Shown in pieces: positions 12,000 to 24,740 of a DNA stretch of 64,000 bases. Every line of letters begins with the position of its first letter. The stretch's first letter is position 1. The translations under genes and the position numbers were made by a program. This stretch comes from Eledone cirrhosa (lineage: Eukaryota). The notes below the pieces were generated by a model. That model was not told where the DNA came from and did no database searches. It saw only the letters and a list, made by a program, of their open reading frames with translations. The DNA is taken from contig OZ024742.1 in NCBI GenBank assembly GCA_964016885.1, positions 303,614,001 through 303,678,000 on the forward strand. Direction: 5' to 3'.

Positions 12000-13920
12000 A
12001 AGTGAGAAAGTGGTGAAGGGACAGGAAACCGTCCCTTCTGCTGGTCATGGATGTTTCCAAGAGGATGTCAGTGTATATCCTCTTGGTAACCGACCCTCTG
12101 AAGTCTCCAACTGCGTTGGGGAATTTTTGTTTTAAAGGTTTGTACTGTTCTATTGAGATTTCAATGATCCTTATGTTTGTCGGGAGAGTTCTTGGTGTTG
12201 GTGGGGTGTAGCAGTTTTTTTCTGTGATGTCTGTGTGCTGCTTTATATATTGTATGAGTTCTTTTTTGCCATGTTTATGGCTGTGTACTTTGTTGGGGGG
12301 GGGGGGTGATTTTGTTGCTGTTTTCTTCTTGTTGCTGTTTGGTGTGTGTGTGTTTTGTTTTGTTTGCGTTGTTGGTGTTTTTGGTGGTGGTGTGGTTGTT
12401 GTTGGCGGTGGTGCTTGTGCTGGTGTTGGTGATGGTGGTGGTGTTGCTGCAAGTTTCCTTGCTGCCTTTACACCTATTTGTGTGCCTTCGCTTTTGGAGG
12501 GTGAATCTAAGGTTTTCTTTCTTTTTTGTTTTTGTGGCAGACCGTTTGCCACTTTCCTCCCGCCTCAAACTCCATGTCAAATTCCGTGGCGTCTGGGAGG
12601 GGTATGTGATCCACGGCTGTTGGTGGTGATAGTGGAGCCCTCTTCGGCCATTTTGTTGCTGGTGTAGCTACTTCAAATGTAGCTATTGGTGTTGCCGCCA
12701 ATGATGCTGCTGCTTTAGTTGTCCGTGGCGTTGGTACGGATGCCACGGACGTTGTCCTCCTACTCACCGTGGAAGGGGCTTCTGCATTTATTGCCTGTCC
12801 TGCTCTTGATAGCAGCGGATCAGGGGTCGGAAGGAGGGGTCCTCTTCTTGGTTGTCTTCTGCGTGCAGAAGGCCCTGAGGTGACCCTTCTGCCCACAGAG
12901 ATAGCACTTTGGGCGCCTTCCTTCCACACTTATAGGGAGTTGGAATCCTTTCTCGAGGTCTATCATGTCTGGGATGGCCTCGATGCACTCCTGGTCTGTC
13001 TGTATTAGCATGCCTATTCCTGACCAGTTCTCTCTTCCCATTCTCTGTATTTGCAGTATGATGGCCTTCTCCTCGATTCCAGCAAGTACAGACGCGGCCA
13101 ACCAAGGTATGACCTGGGTCACTTGGATCCTCACAATTTTCTGTCCGCAGTAGGAGGGCACCAAGACTACCTCCTCACTCGTTAGGGTTTCCAAAGTGTG
13201 AGACTTCGCCTCTTGGGAGGTGGCGAAGAGTACGTCTACTGTGGTGTACGTTTTGCCTCGGGTGATGTGGCTTTTGCGCGCCCAGGCGCACCCCAAGGCC
13301 TTTTGGATTTGAGCCTCCGTGGATCTCTCCACCCAATGTGACGTTTTGCTTACGGTGCGGTAACTCACCGTGCGCAGCTGCTGACCTTTCTTGTCACCAT
13401 GGCTCTGACGACTGCCATCTCCTCCTCCGTGACTAGCACTATCTCTATACTTCGGGCCACACCTGCGAAAGAAGTGGCCCCGTTTTCAGCGGCACCACTA
13501 TTGCTGCCGCTACTACTGCTACTGGTCTTGTTGTTGGTGCTGTTGCCCTTGCTACTGCTACAAACGGTGTTGTTGGTGTTGTTCCTGTTATCACTGTTGT
13601 AGTTGGTTGTGTTTTTGGTGCTACCGTTGTTGTTGCTTTCGGTGCAATTTGTATTGTTACTTTTGTGTTGTCGTTGTTTATTTTCTTGTTAGTGGTGTTA
13701 ATATCGTTGTTGCATTTGCTGTCATTTTTTTCTGTTGTCTGTATTTTAGTTGTCGCTGTTGTAGTAGGTGTGGTAATTTTTTAAAAATTAGTGTACTCAG
13801 TGTTGTTGTCTTTGTTCACGTTGTTTGTGGTGGTATTTGTTGTATTACTTTCTGTGACCCTTCTCTCAACTTTTACGCCGTTATCACACGACAGCAGACA
13901 TTGCATGGGGGCTCAGCAAT
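12000..13920 (-). pseudogene. Tx1 element 2 ORF1 remnant
   Basis: 12820-13368 encodes SVEGRRPKCYLCGQKGHLRAFC; the start appears mutated (AAACATTGCTGAGCC vs AAACATGGCTGAGCC in element 1). The downstream boundary is approximate. Confidence 0.8.
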
Positions 13921-14989
13921 GTTTTTTTAAATTTTTTAAAGTAAAATGTTCAAATATTGTTCAAATATTTGGGCCAAAAGGCCCAAATATACTTTCCCCG
14001 TTACAGGGCAAAGTCCAAGGGTTTATATCACTTACACCACAAGAAAAATTTAACAATAAATAATTATAACAGGTAAATAAAGCGACTTACTAGGAGCGAG
14101 CAAAAAAGACGTCCGAACAGACCCAAAATAATAATAATAATAATGGAATTTTGAGTAAATTGTGCGTATATCGGATAATGTACATTGCTTTTTATAGAAG
14201 GTTAATATAAGCAGCATCATACGATTTCCTTTGCAGAACCGCCGCTCCATATATATCTATGAGCATCTGAAAACCACAAACAGAATCTGTTCGGATATTC
14301 GGATACATTTTTCTATCTAACTATCTCTCCCTGTCTCTTTCTCTTTATATATATATATATATATTTCTCCCTCTCTCTGTATATATAAACATATATATAT
14401 ATATGCGTGTGTGTGTATGTGTGTGTGTATGTGTGTGTGTGTATACATTTATATGTGCTGTGTCAGAAAGAATATCGAAGAGGAAATAATATAAATTGTC
14501 GGAACAATAACAGGATGAAGGTACAATGGGTTTTGAATGGTTACATTCAACTTTATGAGCAATATTACCATTAAGACAGGAAGTGGGCAACCAAAGAAAG
14601 TGTCAGTGAGAGAAGAGAGGAGGGAGATTTATGAATATCTGTGAATTTAATCAGTGTGTACGTGTGCTGATAAGCTTTACATGATATATGCAGTGTATGA
14701 GGGTATATGGATGGAGGGAGTTAGTGCATTTAGTCCGTATGTATGTTGTGCTGATTGGGGTGCAAAATGAAAGGTTGTCTTGTGATAGGGTACAAAATTG
14801 AAGGATGGATTGTGAATGGGTCTCAAATGCGAGCGTATGTGGTGGTAGGTTGCAAGATAAAAGGGTGTAAAGAAGTCACTGCATTTTTCAAATTCAAAGC
14901 AACATAACAATCAAGGCGGAAAACATGATATTCTCCAGTGTGATAGGAAACCTTTGATAAAAAAGAACATCACAGATTGACATATTGTA

Positions 14990-15598
14990 GATAACCTATG
15001 CAGGTGAGTTGACAAGCAAGTTGACTCATCCTGAACTCGGCAAAAAGAATAGTATCTGTCACACTGAAATATACACCCGCTCAATGGCTGCCTTCTCACA
15101 TATAGCTCCTTCTCACATGCGGCAATAGGAGATGATCTGCTAGGCAGTACTTCTTATCAATTCCGTGCTGGACATTCTCAATCATGAATATCTGCGAAGG
15201 CTTCTCAACGTGCGCTTGAAATCACGCAAACCAGAAGGAAGAGAGGCGAAGATCACAGAATGAGTCAAATTTGCAGACCAAAACGTCGTCCTGGACTCCA
15301 CATCTTAACCAGCCGACTTTGACCTTTCTAGAAAGCAATGAGTGTCCCTTAATTGGATCCACACATCACATGCCAGGATAGCCTATCCTCTCCATCGATG
15401 GAAAATGAAAGATAGCCCAACATGTGACTGTGGGTATCCTGATCAGACACAGTTGCATGTTGTTTGTGATTGCCCCCTGAGATGTTTTCTTAGTGGACTG
15501 GAGGCAATCCATAATACTACAAATAACGCCTTCATCTGGCCACCAATCTCGACTTTTCACTCTAATAATTGGACATATGTCATACGACAAGAAGAAGG
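14990..15598 (+). mobile_element. 3' fragment of a Vingi/Ingi-like LINE
   Basis: Degraded TLKYTPAQWLP, RLKSRKP and LHRWKMKDSPTCDCGYPDQT..HVVCDCPLR (CCHC); ends CATACGACAAGAAGAAG. Confidence 0.65.
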
Positions 15599-16104
15599 TG
15601 AGTTGAATTGACGGGCAATATTTTATGCGGTGTTGGTGAGCAGTGTCTCGGATGTTTTCGGTAAAAGGATCTACTAAACAATTGCTGGTCTTCCAAACCT
15701 CATTCAATTGAATAGCTGGCATTGCTGATGGTGCAAGTGAAGTGGTCAGTGAGAGGAAGGTGGTGTTATTTCAATCCGAAGGTATTATGTAGTGTTGTAG
15801 ATGAAAGGGCAAATGTAGCAACGGATTTAGTTGAATCTGATGATGTGTTGAGTGTTACAAGTAGATATCGTAAAGGTGTTGGGCACCGTCACCTTGATTG
15901 TACCCTGAGCTGATCGATATCGAAACAATTGTAACATGGAGATAAAATGTGTACATATGCTGCAATACTGATTTCGATTCTGTTAAATCTATTTACACTC
16001 TGCACACTACAAACATAACTCTGGAATACAACCGCAAAGAAATAGACCTCATAGCAGCATCGAGTGCTTCGACGGCGCGCCACGTGTAACGGTTGTTACA
16101 CACC

Positions 16105-16199
16105 AAACACACACACAGATATATATATTTCTATATATATATGTGCGTGTGTGTGTGTGCGGTGTGTGTGTGCATATATATACACACACACAAACAGAT

Positions 16200-16291
<92 letters not shown>

Positions 16292-17300
16292 ATGTTTGTG
16301 TGTGTGTGTGTATATGCACCCACACGCACGTATGTATATGTATGTGTATATATATACGTACATGTATATATATATATATATGTGTGTATGTATATATGTG
16401 GGTATGTGTATGCATGTAGAGTTTTATATATATGTGTGTGTATGTACGTGTGTATGTATTTATGTGTACGTATGTGTATTTTGTATGTATGTGTATATAT
16501 ATATGTATGTATATAGGGATATGCGTAGGTAAATGTGTGTGCGTATGTGTGTGTATATGTGTATGTTTGTGTGTGTGTGTGTGTACACATATAGACATAT
16601 GTGTGTATAAGTATGTATGTGTATGTGTATATACATGTATGTGTGTATATAAGTGTGCGTATACATATATGTATATGTGTATGCGTGTGTGTCTGCATGC
16701 GTGTGTATATATGTGTGTGTGTGTCTATGCACACACATATATATATATGGTGTGTGTATCTGTCAGTGTGTGGGTGTGTGTGTGAGTGCGTACGTACACC
16801 CAAATAAGACAGGGTTTGTCTATGTGTTTATTTGCGGGTACATGTACTTGTGTGTAGATATATGTACAGGTGTGTGTATGTGTGTGTATGTGTGCTTATC
16901 TCTTTGGAAGTGTGTCTGTCCTTTATGCCTATCCATAAGGATATGCGTGTATGTGCGTGTGTGTATCTATGTACGTGTCTAAGAGTGTTTGTGTATATAT
17001 GTGCAGATGTGCCCGAACGCCGATATGTCTTTGTATGCGTGTGCGTGTGTCTGCGCGTTTGTGCGTGTATGCGTGCGTGTGAGACCGGATGTAAGGGGCT
17101 GTTTAGGCAGGCGCCAATAAGCATGTGGCGGTCGGTATGTGGATGTAGGTGTGCTTGGGTATGTGTAAGAGAGGGAGAGTGTGTGTGTGTATATATGGGC
17201 ATGGGGGCATGTGTGTCTACACATGTATGCGTACATATGTGTATGCATGCATGTGTGTGTGCCTGCACGTGTGTATGTATGTGTGTGTGTATATGTGGGT
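16105..17300. repeat. About 1.2 kb alternating purine-pyrimidine compound microsatellite (TA/TG/CA)
   Basis: Direct read; source of many spurious HT/VC/YI ORFs. Confidence 0.95.
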
Positions 17301-17531
17301 ACATACTCGGGAGAGTGAACAGACGTGTGAGATACCAAACCCAGCATGGCTCCATTGAAGTGTGTCGGACGAAAAATGGCTGATGACCACTGCAGCAGTA
17401 AATAGTGACCAGAACTTATGATGACGTAGAAAAACAACAGCCAATGGCATGACAAGAGTGGAAGATGTTTTTTGAAGGTGTTTTTTGACGATAACACCCC
17501 AGTGAGAAAATTTTCTCCGAACAAATTGCAT

Positions 17532-17619
17532 GTGTCCAAAGAACCTGCAGCCGTAGAATCAGCCAGATCCATACAGGGACCATGTCTCCAGCTACCTACC
17601 GGCGAAACAATTGTAACAC
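17532..17619 (+). ncRNA. Degenerate PLE-type hammerhead (core CCAAAGA, probably inactive)
   Basis: GTGT-CCAAAGA-long helix II (GCCGTAG..CTACCGGC)-GAAA-CAATTG-TA-ACAC, then AATAAA, a short tail and (TA)n at about 17765. Confidence 0.55.
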
Positions 17620-17758
17620 GCAATAAACTGAGTCCAGATGCATCACTGATTTTTCGTTTTCTATACTATTCACACTCTGCTCTGTATGAATATTGAGTGC
17701 TATTTTGGCATACCGCCTATGGAAGCACCATAGCTACCATTATACACATGTATATATG

Positions 17759-17902
<144 letters not shown>

Positions 17903-18946
17903 GTATGTATGCAAATATATATTACACAATTCAACGCCTCTGAAATGTCTATACTTAATATATAATTGTGTTGTACTGAACTAGAGAATATTGATCTGCA
18001 GCATGATGGTTGTTTCCAGAAAATGGCGCCAAATACGAGTACACCAGAAGAAAGATTGTAATCGAAAGAACGTATTAAATATTGTTTACTCTACTCTGAA
18101 ATGATTGGAATTTATTGGTAGCATATATAGATTAACTTTAGAAAGACACAAAATACGTAAAAAGTTCATTTATTCATTCAAACATTTTGTTGCATTCTTT
18201 TCTTTTGTCTTCTCAATTCCAAGTAATTATGTCCAAGATTAATTTTTTTCTGTCGACACCTTGTCGCCTGATACTTTACTTATATTTTAACAAAATTTAG
18301 TTTAAAAGTGAGAATTATTTTGTAATTCACAATTGTTTTTGGTTTAAAAATAATTAAAAAAAATTCAACGACATATCAATCACTGAACACTGAAATTAAA
18401 CGATGATATGATTTACATTCAGTTAGACTTTTAATATATCTCTAGAATTTTCCCGCAATTTTTCTATTTTATTCTACTATTTATATAATAAATCGAGAAT
18501 ACGTTTTTATACACACGCGTACAACTTTGTTTAGATAACCAGAGGTTTATCTGATGCAGTGAATATCTGGATCGGTCTTGTACATTCGACTGGCTACCTT
18601 CTTGAAATGTACTTTCTACTCTTAGGATTGACAATAGTTATACAACAATAACATTAATATATATATCGAGATATGTTCAATGCAATGCTGTAAATCTAAA
18701 AAGATTTTCAACAGATATTCTTAATATATTCATGGCATTACGGAGAGAATATCTTTCTATATGTTATATAATCAGATTTACATCCAACATTCAAGAGATC
18801 TTTTATGAATAATATGAAATCTTAATATGATACAGCTTAGAAGAATCTTTAATATTGGAGTCTGAAACAAATGTATATTATTCTTGATTGTAAATCCTTC
18901 AATCATCCGAAAGGTGTACCAGGTATACACACACACACACACACAC

Positions 18947-18985
<39 letters not shown>

Positions 18986-19104
18986 AACAAGTATGACCCC
19001 GACGGCAGAGCTCAAGCCGTTTCGACGGCTATTTCTGTACTTTGGTGCGTTATGGTCCATCTGGTTCCTTACCACAATTCCTTCGTTATATATATATATA
19101 TATT

Positions 19105-19305
19105 ATAAGACCAGATTAAAGTTTAAGCAAAGAAATCGCTGCTTTCACCTTTAACGGGAACTTCTAAAACTAAAAAAAATCAATCTGTGGAGGCAGAAGT
19201 AGATAATTCTAAAAACATTACAACTGAAGGAAAAGAAGAAGATGATAATTTGGTTCATGAAGACGTTCCCTGTCAATGGACGAAAAAGAAGCGAGAATAA
19301 TTACG
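19105..19305 (-). mobile_element. Interspersed repeat, likely a PLE 3' fragment, homologous to about 60225-60425
   Basis: CAGATTAAAGTTTAAGCAAAGAAATCGCTGCTTTCACC is the reverse complement of sequence at 60379-60415; both copies end at (TA)n. Confidence 0.6.
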
Positions 19306-19505
19306 TTGTTATGTGGAACGATAAGAACAATTTATACTATAAAAGAAATCATTAGACTAATATTCTATTTTGAATAACCGAATGATTTTTTGTGTATGTC
19401 TGTATACATGATGGTCAGAAGCATATGTAGTGAATGTTCAATAGAGAAACATAACATAATCACCCACATTTTTTCGCTTATGAAAGCTTATCACAGGTTA
19501 ACAAA

Positions 19506-19641
19506 ATAATTGTTTCTACTTTTTGGCACAAGGCCAGCAATTCACCAGTTCATTACTGGTACTTTATTTTTTCGACCCCGTAAGGATGAAGGCAAAGTTA
19601 ACCTCGGCGGGATATGAACTCAGAATGGCAAGGGCCGTAAC
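19506..19641 (-). mobile_element. tRNA-derived Nin/Deu-domain SINE, 5' truncated
   Basis: Reverse complement carries a degenerate B-box and GCCTTCATCCTTACGGGGTCGA..AAAGTACCAG; ends AGAAACAATTAT. Confidence 0.85.
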
Positions 19642-19839
19642 AGCTTAACAAAATAATGAGGAATGTTAATGTTTAGAAGAAAATATATCAATGGGAGGAA
19701 ATAGGTGACGCCTGTTTTAAATGAATCAATACAAGTGTTTCTAATTTAAACACAGATTTTAAATATAGAAGCGTGGCAGATAAAATTTAGAGTTTATGTG
19801 TGTAGTGTGTGGATATATATATATATATATATATATATC

Positions 19840-19870
<31 letters not shown>

Positions 19871-20520
19871 CCACATATAAACGTAAAGGAGATGCCTAGA
19901 AGAGGTTAAGAGGATCATAACCAAACTCGCATGGTATTCGTTCACTTACCATGGTAGCTTTGAATATCAAATCTAGTCTATAGGATCTAGTTTTGATGCC
20001 GAATCATCAAATGCTACTCATCAGTTGTTCAACTATACTTGATATACTCTCTTATTTTATTGATGTAACACATTTGGCACAAAGATAGGAATTTGTAGTG
20101 AAGGATTTATGCTGTTTAATTGGAATTAAATGTAGTGTTAATTTTAAATTATTAATCCACTACGGACGAAAGACAATTATAACTCCCATTAAATTTGAAC
20201 TCAAATCATATATAAACACAAATATCGCCAAAGAAATTTCTTCCTACGTAGGGGACTGTTGTCACACCTGCCAACCTCTAAACATCCAAGCGAAGAGTAC
20301 CCTGAAAAAACGCGCCTCAAAATAGGGAGAATTAAGGCAAAATGGGGAGATTTTACATAATGAAAGCTATACCCATTTTGACAAGAAAAGACATATTTCA
20401 CCCACCCAAGAGTGGGACGCGGAGAATTGACAAAAAACCCAAGCGCAGTCAAACAATAATTATTTTGTAACCAAAAACGCTGTTTTACACCAATTCCCCT
20501 ATAATATATATATATATAAC

Positions 20521-20815
20521 ATCATGATCATCATCATCATCCTGCGGCCTCAGCCGCAATCGACTCAACAATTGATCTCCATGTGGGTCTGTCGTTCATT
20601 GCCATTGCCAAGTCCTGGATTTCAATACCAGAATCTCTGGAGATGACATCAGGATAGGAGGGCTTGCACGCTCTGTTATTAGGGACTGCTTGTGGTTTCC
20701 AAAGCACTAATGGGGACATAGTCTCATAGGTGGCACGATCGCAGTGGCCAACAAATCTTACTCTCTTTTTACGTACAACGACATATATGCAAAGGAGGCC
20801 GGCATATCTCTTGCT
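20521..20815 (-). mobile_element. RTE-clade LINE 3' end with (GAT)n tail
   Basis: RFVGHCDRA..LVLWKP..YPDVISRDSG..LAMAMNDRPTWRSIV, followed by TGATGATGATGAT. Confidence 0.75.
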
Positions 20816-20868
20816 CATACGTGTGTGTGTGTGTGTTTCTCCTGTGTGTCTCTGTGTGTGTCTCCTGT

Positions 20869-20915
<47 letters not shown>

Positions 20916-21574
20916 TGTGTGTGTGTGTTAATAATAAATAAATACAGTTCATATGATATTCAGCTCGCATTCGAGGAGTGTATTAAAGTGACCAAGAATT
21001 GAATGATATTTTAAAACATTATTCATCCATTACATACCACATTTCTTGCTAGAGGGCAAATATAACAGATACTTCATTGCTTCATTTAAATATTAAACCA
21101 GTAACAATGACATAAAGATTAATTACTGTTTTTAATGAAATATGAAAATATAAATTTGTCAGAAAATTTGTTGTTGACTCTTATGAGAGATCTACGTTTT
21201 TGTTCTGATTAGATCTGGCAACAAAAAAATGTTTTATATGTCGTCTGGTGTTCGTCTTAAGGAATGGCTTTTTTGACAAGTTGATTTCATTTATATTTTA
21301 TTACAAACAATTACAGGCGACGATGAATATTTCTTCCGGGAAAAGAAGAAGAAATAGTGATATTGTACATATCTGAATATATGCACAGTATATGCGTTTA
21401 ACAAAACAGAAAGGTTAAAACTTTACGTTTGATAGTCTTCCTCGTTTCGTGACAGCATGATTATTATGTTTTGCGACAGTTATTAAAATAGGTCTTCGAT
21501 GTTAAGCAGAGATGGCAAAATATGTTTGTTGTAGCCTTTTTATCCCCAACGAGTGCCTAACGCCGATAAACTAA

Positions 21575-21760
21575 TATTTGTTTCTACTTTTGGTACAAGG
21601 CCAGCAATTACCAAATGCATTACTGGTACTTTATTTTATCGACCCCGTAAGGATGAAAGGCAAAGTTAACCTCGGCAGGATTTGAACTCAGAATGGCAAG
21701 GGCCGTAACTCTATGCGTCAAAGCATGGCGTCAGACCCTCTACCGATACAGCCGATCCAC
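21575..21760 (-). mobile_element. tRNA-derived Nin/Deu-domain SINE
   Basis: B-box GAGTTCAAATCC and core TTTGCCTTTCATCCTTACGGGGTCGATAAAATAAAGTACCAG on the minus strand. Confidence 0.88.
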
Positions 21761-22054
21761 AACTAATAATGCCACTTGCAATTGCTTATACACGTATATA
21801 AATAGTGAAGAAAGACGTACACACATAAACACAGACACATAATCCCTCCACACACACACGCACATACACACAAGGTATATTCCTTATTTAATGATATGCC
21901 AGGTGGAGAAGAGCTCTTATATTCAACGGGATGCTAGACAGGCAATATAGTTTAGAAAAAGCAAGAATTGTGTGTATTATACTTGCTTACATACATATTC
22001 ATTTTCGTATACAAAATTAAAAGCTTTAACCAAAGCTGCGAGAAGGACAACTGG

Positions 22055-22099
<45 letters not shown>

Positions 22100-23177
22100 C
22101 ACACTTATAAATACGCAATATATATGCGTGAGTGTTGTGTGTGTGTGTGTGTATATGTAAACATGGAAACCTATTTCATTTCCGTATTTCTCCGTATATT
22201 GACAGAGATGAAGTGCTTGACTAAACTTTCGGTCCTATCTACAACGCATAAAATCCAAGGATAAATACGTGACTAAAGGTTTTACATAATCATAAAATGT
22301 GTCAGAAAAAGCTGAGGGTATGTCTACTCAATCACAATCGATCAATACGAAAATATTTACCTGTTAGAAATAATAGCCAAATCATCTTTCCCTCGCCCCA
22401 TTTCACATCATAACAACTTATAGACGGATGGATGTAGAGGATAATGTAGACGTAGATACACTATGTGTGGAAAATAATGGAAATTGAATGTTTTCGGCCA
22501 TAGGCCTGCTCCGTCTGAGTGATACCGATGCAAAATATATGATAGTTGATATAAATGCTTTTCAGCTCTGACCATCACATCAAATATTTAGACATAGTGT
22601 TATATAGAACTGTAAGCAGCTATATAGAACTGTATGCATTCTCTTCTTCATTTATTTAAGAGAGTAAGGTGTTATTTGAGAGAAGTATGTTTGAAATACG
22701 ACGTTGAAGCTACCACCGTTGACACGCTGATGATTAAGTATCATCTGATGAAGCTATATCAAATAATTTCCCATCTCTCTTAAGATTAATACAAAAATAT
22801 GAAATTACAGTTTTCACATATCCTTGTGAATATTTAGATCGCTGTTACCTGTTATGTAAAATATCGAAAGATTACACCTCTGAGTGTTTTCTTCACAAAG
22901 AAAATGATGAAGATTGATATGAACTCCCCGACAGGTGAATACTAATGAAATGTTATAAACATTTCAACATAAATAAATGAAATGCAAGAAACTAAACAAC
23001 ATCAAAACGTCATATTACGTACAGGAACACTTATTGATACAGATATCCCAAATGCTATCAAATATTATTTAGTCGCTAGGAAGGCTACACGAGTTGGCGT
23101 TGCAGATGATATTACTCGAAATGAAACTAGTGTTGTATGCAGTGTTATACCATTGATACAATCCATACCTATGTATC

Positions 23178-23212
<35 letters not shown>

Positions 23213-23219
<7 letters not shown>

Positions 23220-23570
23220 GTGAGGTTTTTTTACAAAATGAAAAATAACCGAGGTGTCCTACACGAGTGAAAGTATAAAGAAAAAAAGATGAAATGAAAA
23301 TGCAACTCGAGTCTTATTTTTAAAAATATATATATATTTATTTGGTTCCTTTACCGGTTTCGCAGTTCTTCTGCTTTTCAAAAGTAGAGTTGAGATGGAG
23401 GGTCTGTGGTTTTTCTCACAGATGTGAGAAAAACCACAGACCCTCCATCTCAACTCTACTTTTGAAAAGCAGAAGAACTGCGAAACCGGTAAAGGAACCA
23501 AATAAATATATATATACTTTTAAAAATAAGACTCCAGTTGCATTTTCGATTTCAAATTTTATCTTTATAT
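23213..23570. mobile_element. Palindromic mini-PLE with a hammerhead in each arm
   Basis: Arms of about 125 bp mirror around 23421-23422; HHR at 23459-23494 (+) and its mirror; (TA)n on both sides. Confidence 0.8.
23459..23494 (+). ncRNA. Minimal hammerhead, U3-A8 core variant
   Basis: CTT-TTGAAAA-GCAG AAGAA CTGC-GAAA-CCGG-TA-AAG, with AATAAA just downstream. Confidence 0.7.
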
Positions 23571-23673
23571 ATATATATATTCACATAATGCACATACGAG
23601 TATGTATATGATTCATGTTTATATTTTCTTGCCTGAGTGTGAATGTGTGTGAGTATGTGTAAATACATATGTG

Positions 23674-23769
<96 letters not shown>

Positions 23770-23770
<1 letters not shown>

Positions 23771-24697
23771 TCATGTCAGGTCACTCTTGAGTGCTACTGG
23801 TAACATGTAAACCAGTACGACCTGTCGCATGGTCGGGTCGTCGGCGACTAAACTGGCAACCCCACCAAGTTTACTTGGTGAGGAGGGTGATTTTGGACAC
23901 CCTGCAGGACAAAAAACAAAACCTAACAAAGGGCGGAAGAACTCATAAGAGTAAACGGCCATCCAAAAATGTGTAAATATGTATATACAGATGTACATAT
24001 GTATATGTATGTATATGCCTGGGGTGTCACGGAAGGGCATGTACCTCTGTATAGAGGGCTAGCTATGCACTTTCCAGGAAGATCGTCCTGCATTGGGTCC
24101 CACCTGACACTGAGCTCACACCTGTGGCCCCAAGAAGCTGTAGCATGCGACAGTGGCCATACCCCCATAAACAACCTTGGTTGGCAGGCCGAACCAGGTT
24201 GAGGGTAGCCTGACGGGTCTGAAACCCCCCGGTGAGTTGGATATGGGGATGCCTGCCCCTGCATGCGAAGACTTGACTCGGCGGAGTGAGTGGAGGAGGA
24301 CAACATCGCCCCAACGGTCACGAAGGCGACGACAGCAAGCAGTGTGGAGCGCTAGGGCAGAGCAAGGCACTACAGTTGTCGGGGCCATCCATTGCATCCA
24401 AGGACGTCCCTGGTCGTGACGGTCCTTCTTACCGCTTCTGCGCCCGAGTGAGTGGGACCGTCACTGTCCACTGGCTCTCCCACTATAAACCTTTCCCGCG
24501 CAGGTTTCTTCTTTATGGGCGAGAGGTGGCGGTAACCTCTGGGAGTTGCCAGTCTGACTCCGGTCTCTTCCCCTGCCCCCACTGTCCCCGAACCTGCAGG
24601 TCAAGGTTCGGCCTCCACAGACACATTTGTGCCCATGGCAGACGGGAACAACAATAAAAAAGAAGTAAATCATCGTTTACGATGGACAAACCAAGAT
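23770..24697 (+). mobile_element. Internally deleted (bipartite) RTE/BovB-like element
   Basis: RTE-like 5'UTR joined to the ORF C-terminal C2H2 motif FPCPHCPRTCRSRFGLHRH and the 3' motif CATCGTTTACGATGGACAAACC; no EN or RT visible. Confidence 0.7.
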
Positions 24698-24740
24698 ATA
24701 TATGGTATTAGGATTGGTGCTCTGAAATAGCAATGTATAC

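Larger units (their letters stand above)
8399..14124 (-). mobile_element. Full-length, degraded L1/Tx1-clade LINE (element 2, distinct subfamily)
   Basis: 5'UTR homologous to element 1; ORF1 knuckle CYLCGQKGHLRAFC; ORF2 MAVLRIGS..., FRPITLLNAEFKILA, IRQGC, SYADD; ends AATAAAGAAATC then (ATT)5; (AAT)n at 14127-14144 on the 5' side. Confidence 0.93.

Noticed and set aside
2577-14124. LTR retrotransposon or segmental duplication
   Set aside because: APE-RT domain order with no integrase or LTRs, and the two units are divergent subfamilies.
15850-15940. Hammerhead-like GATATCG..CGATATC-GAAA-CAATTG-TA
   Set aside because: No recognisable CUGANGA core before helix II; at best a dead relic.
16049-17383. 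Many long His/Thr, Val/Cys and Tyr/Ile ORFs (also near 36.4, 50, 53, 57 and 60.5 kb)
   Set aside because: They are translations of stop-free dinucleotide microsatellites.
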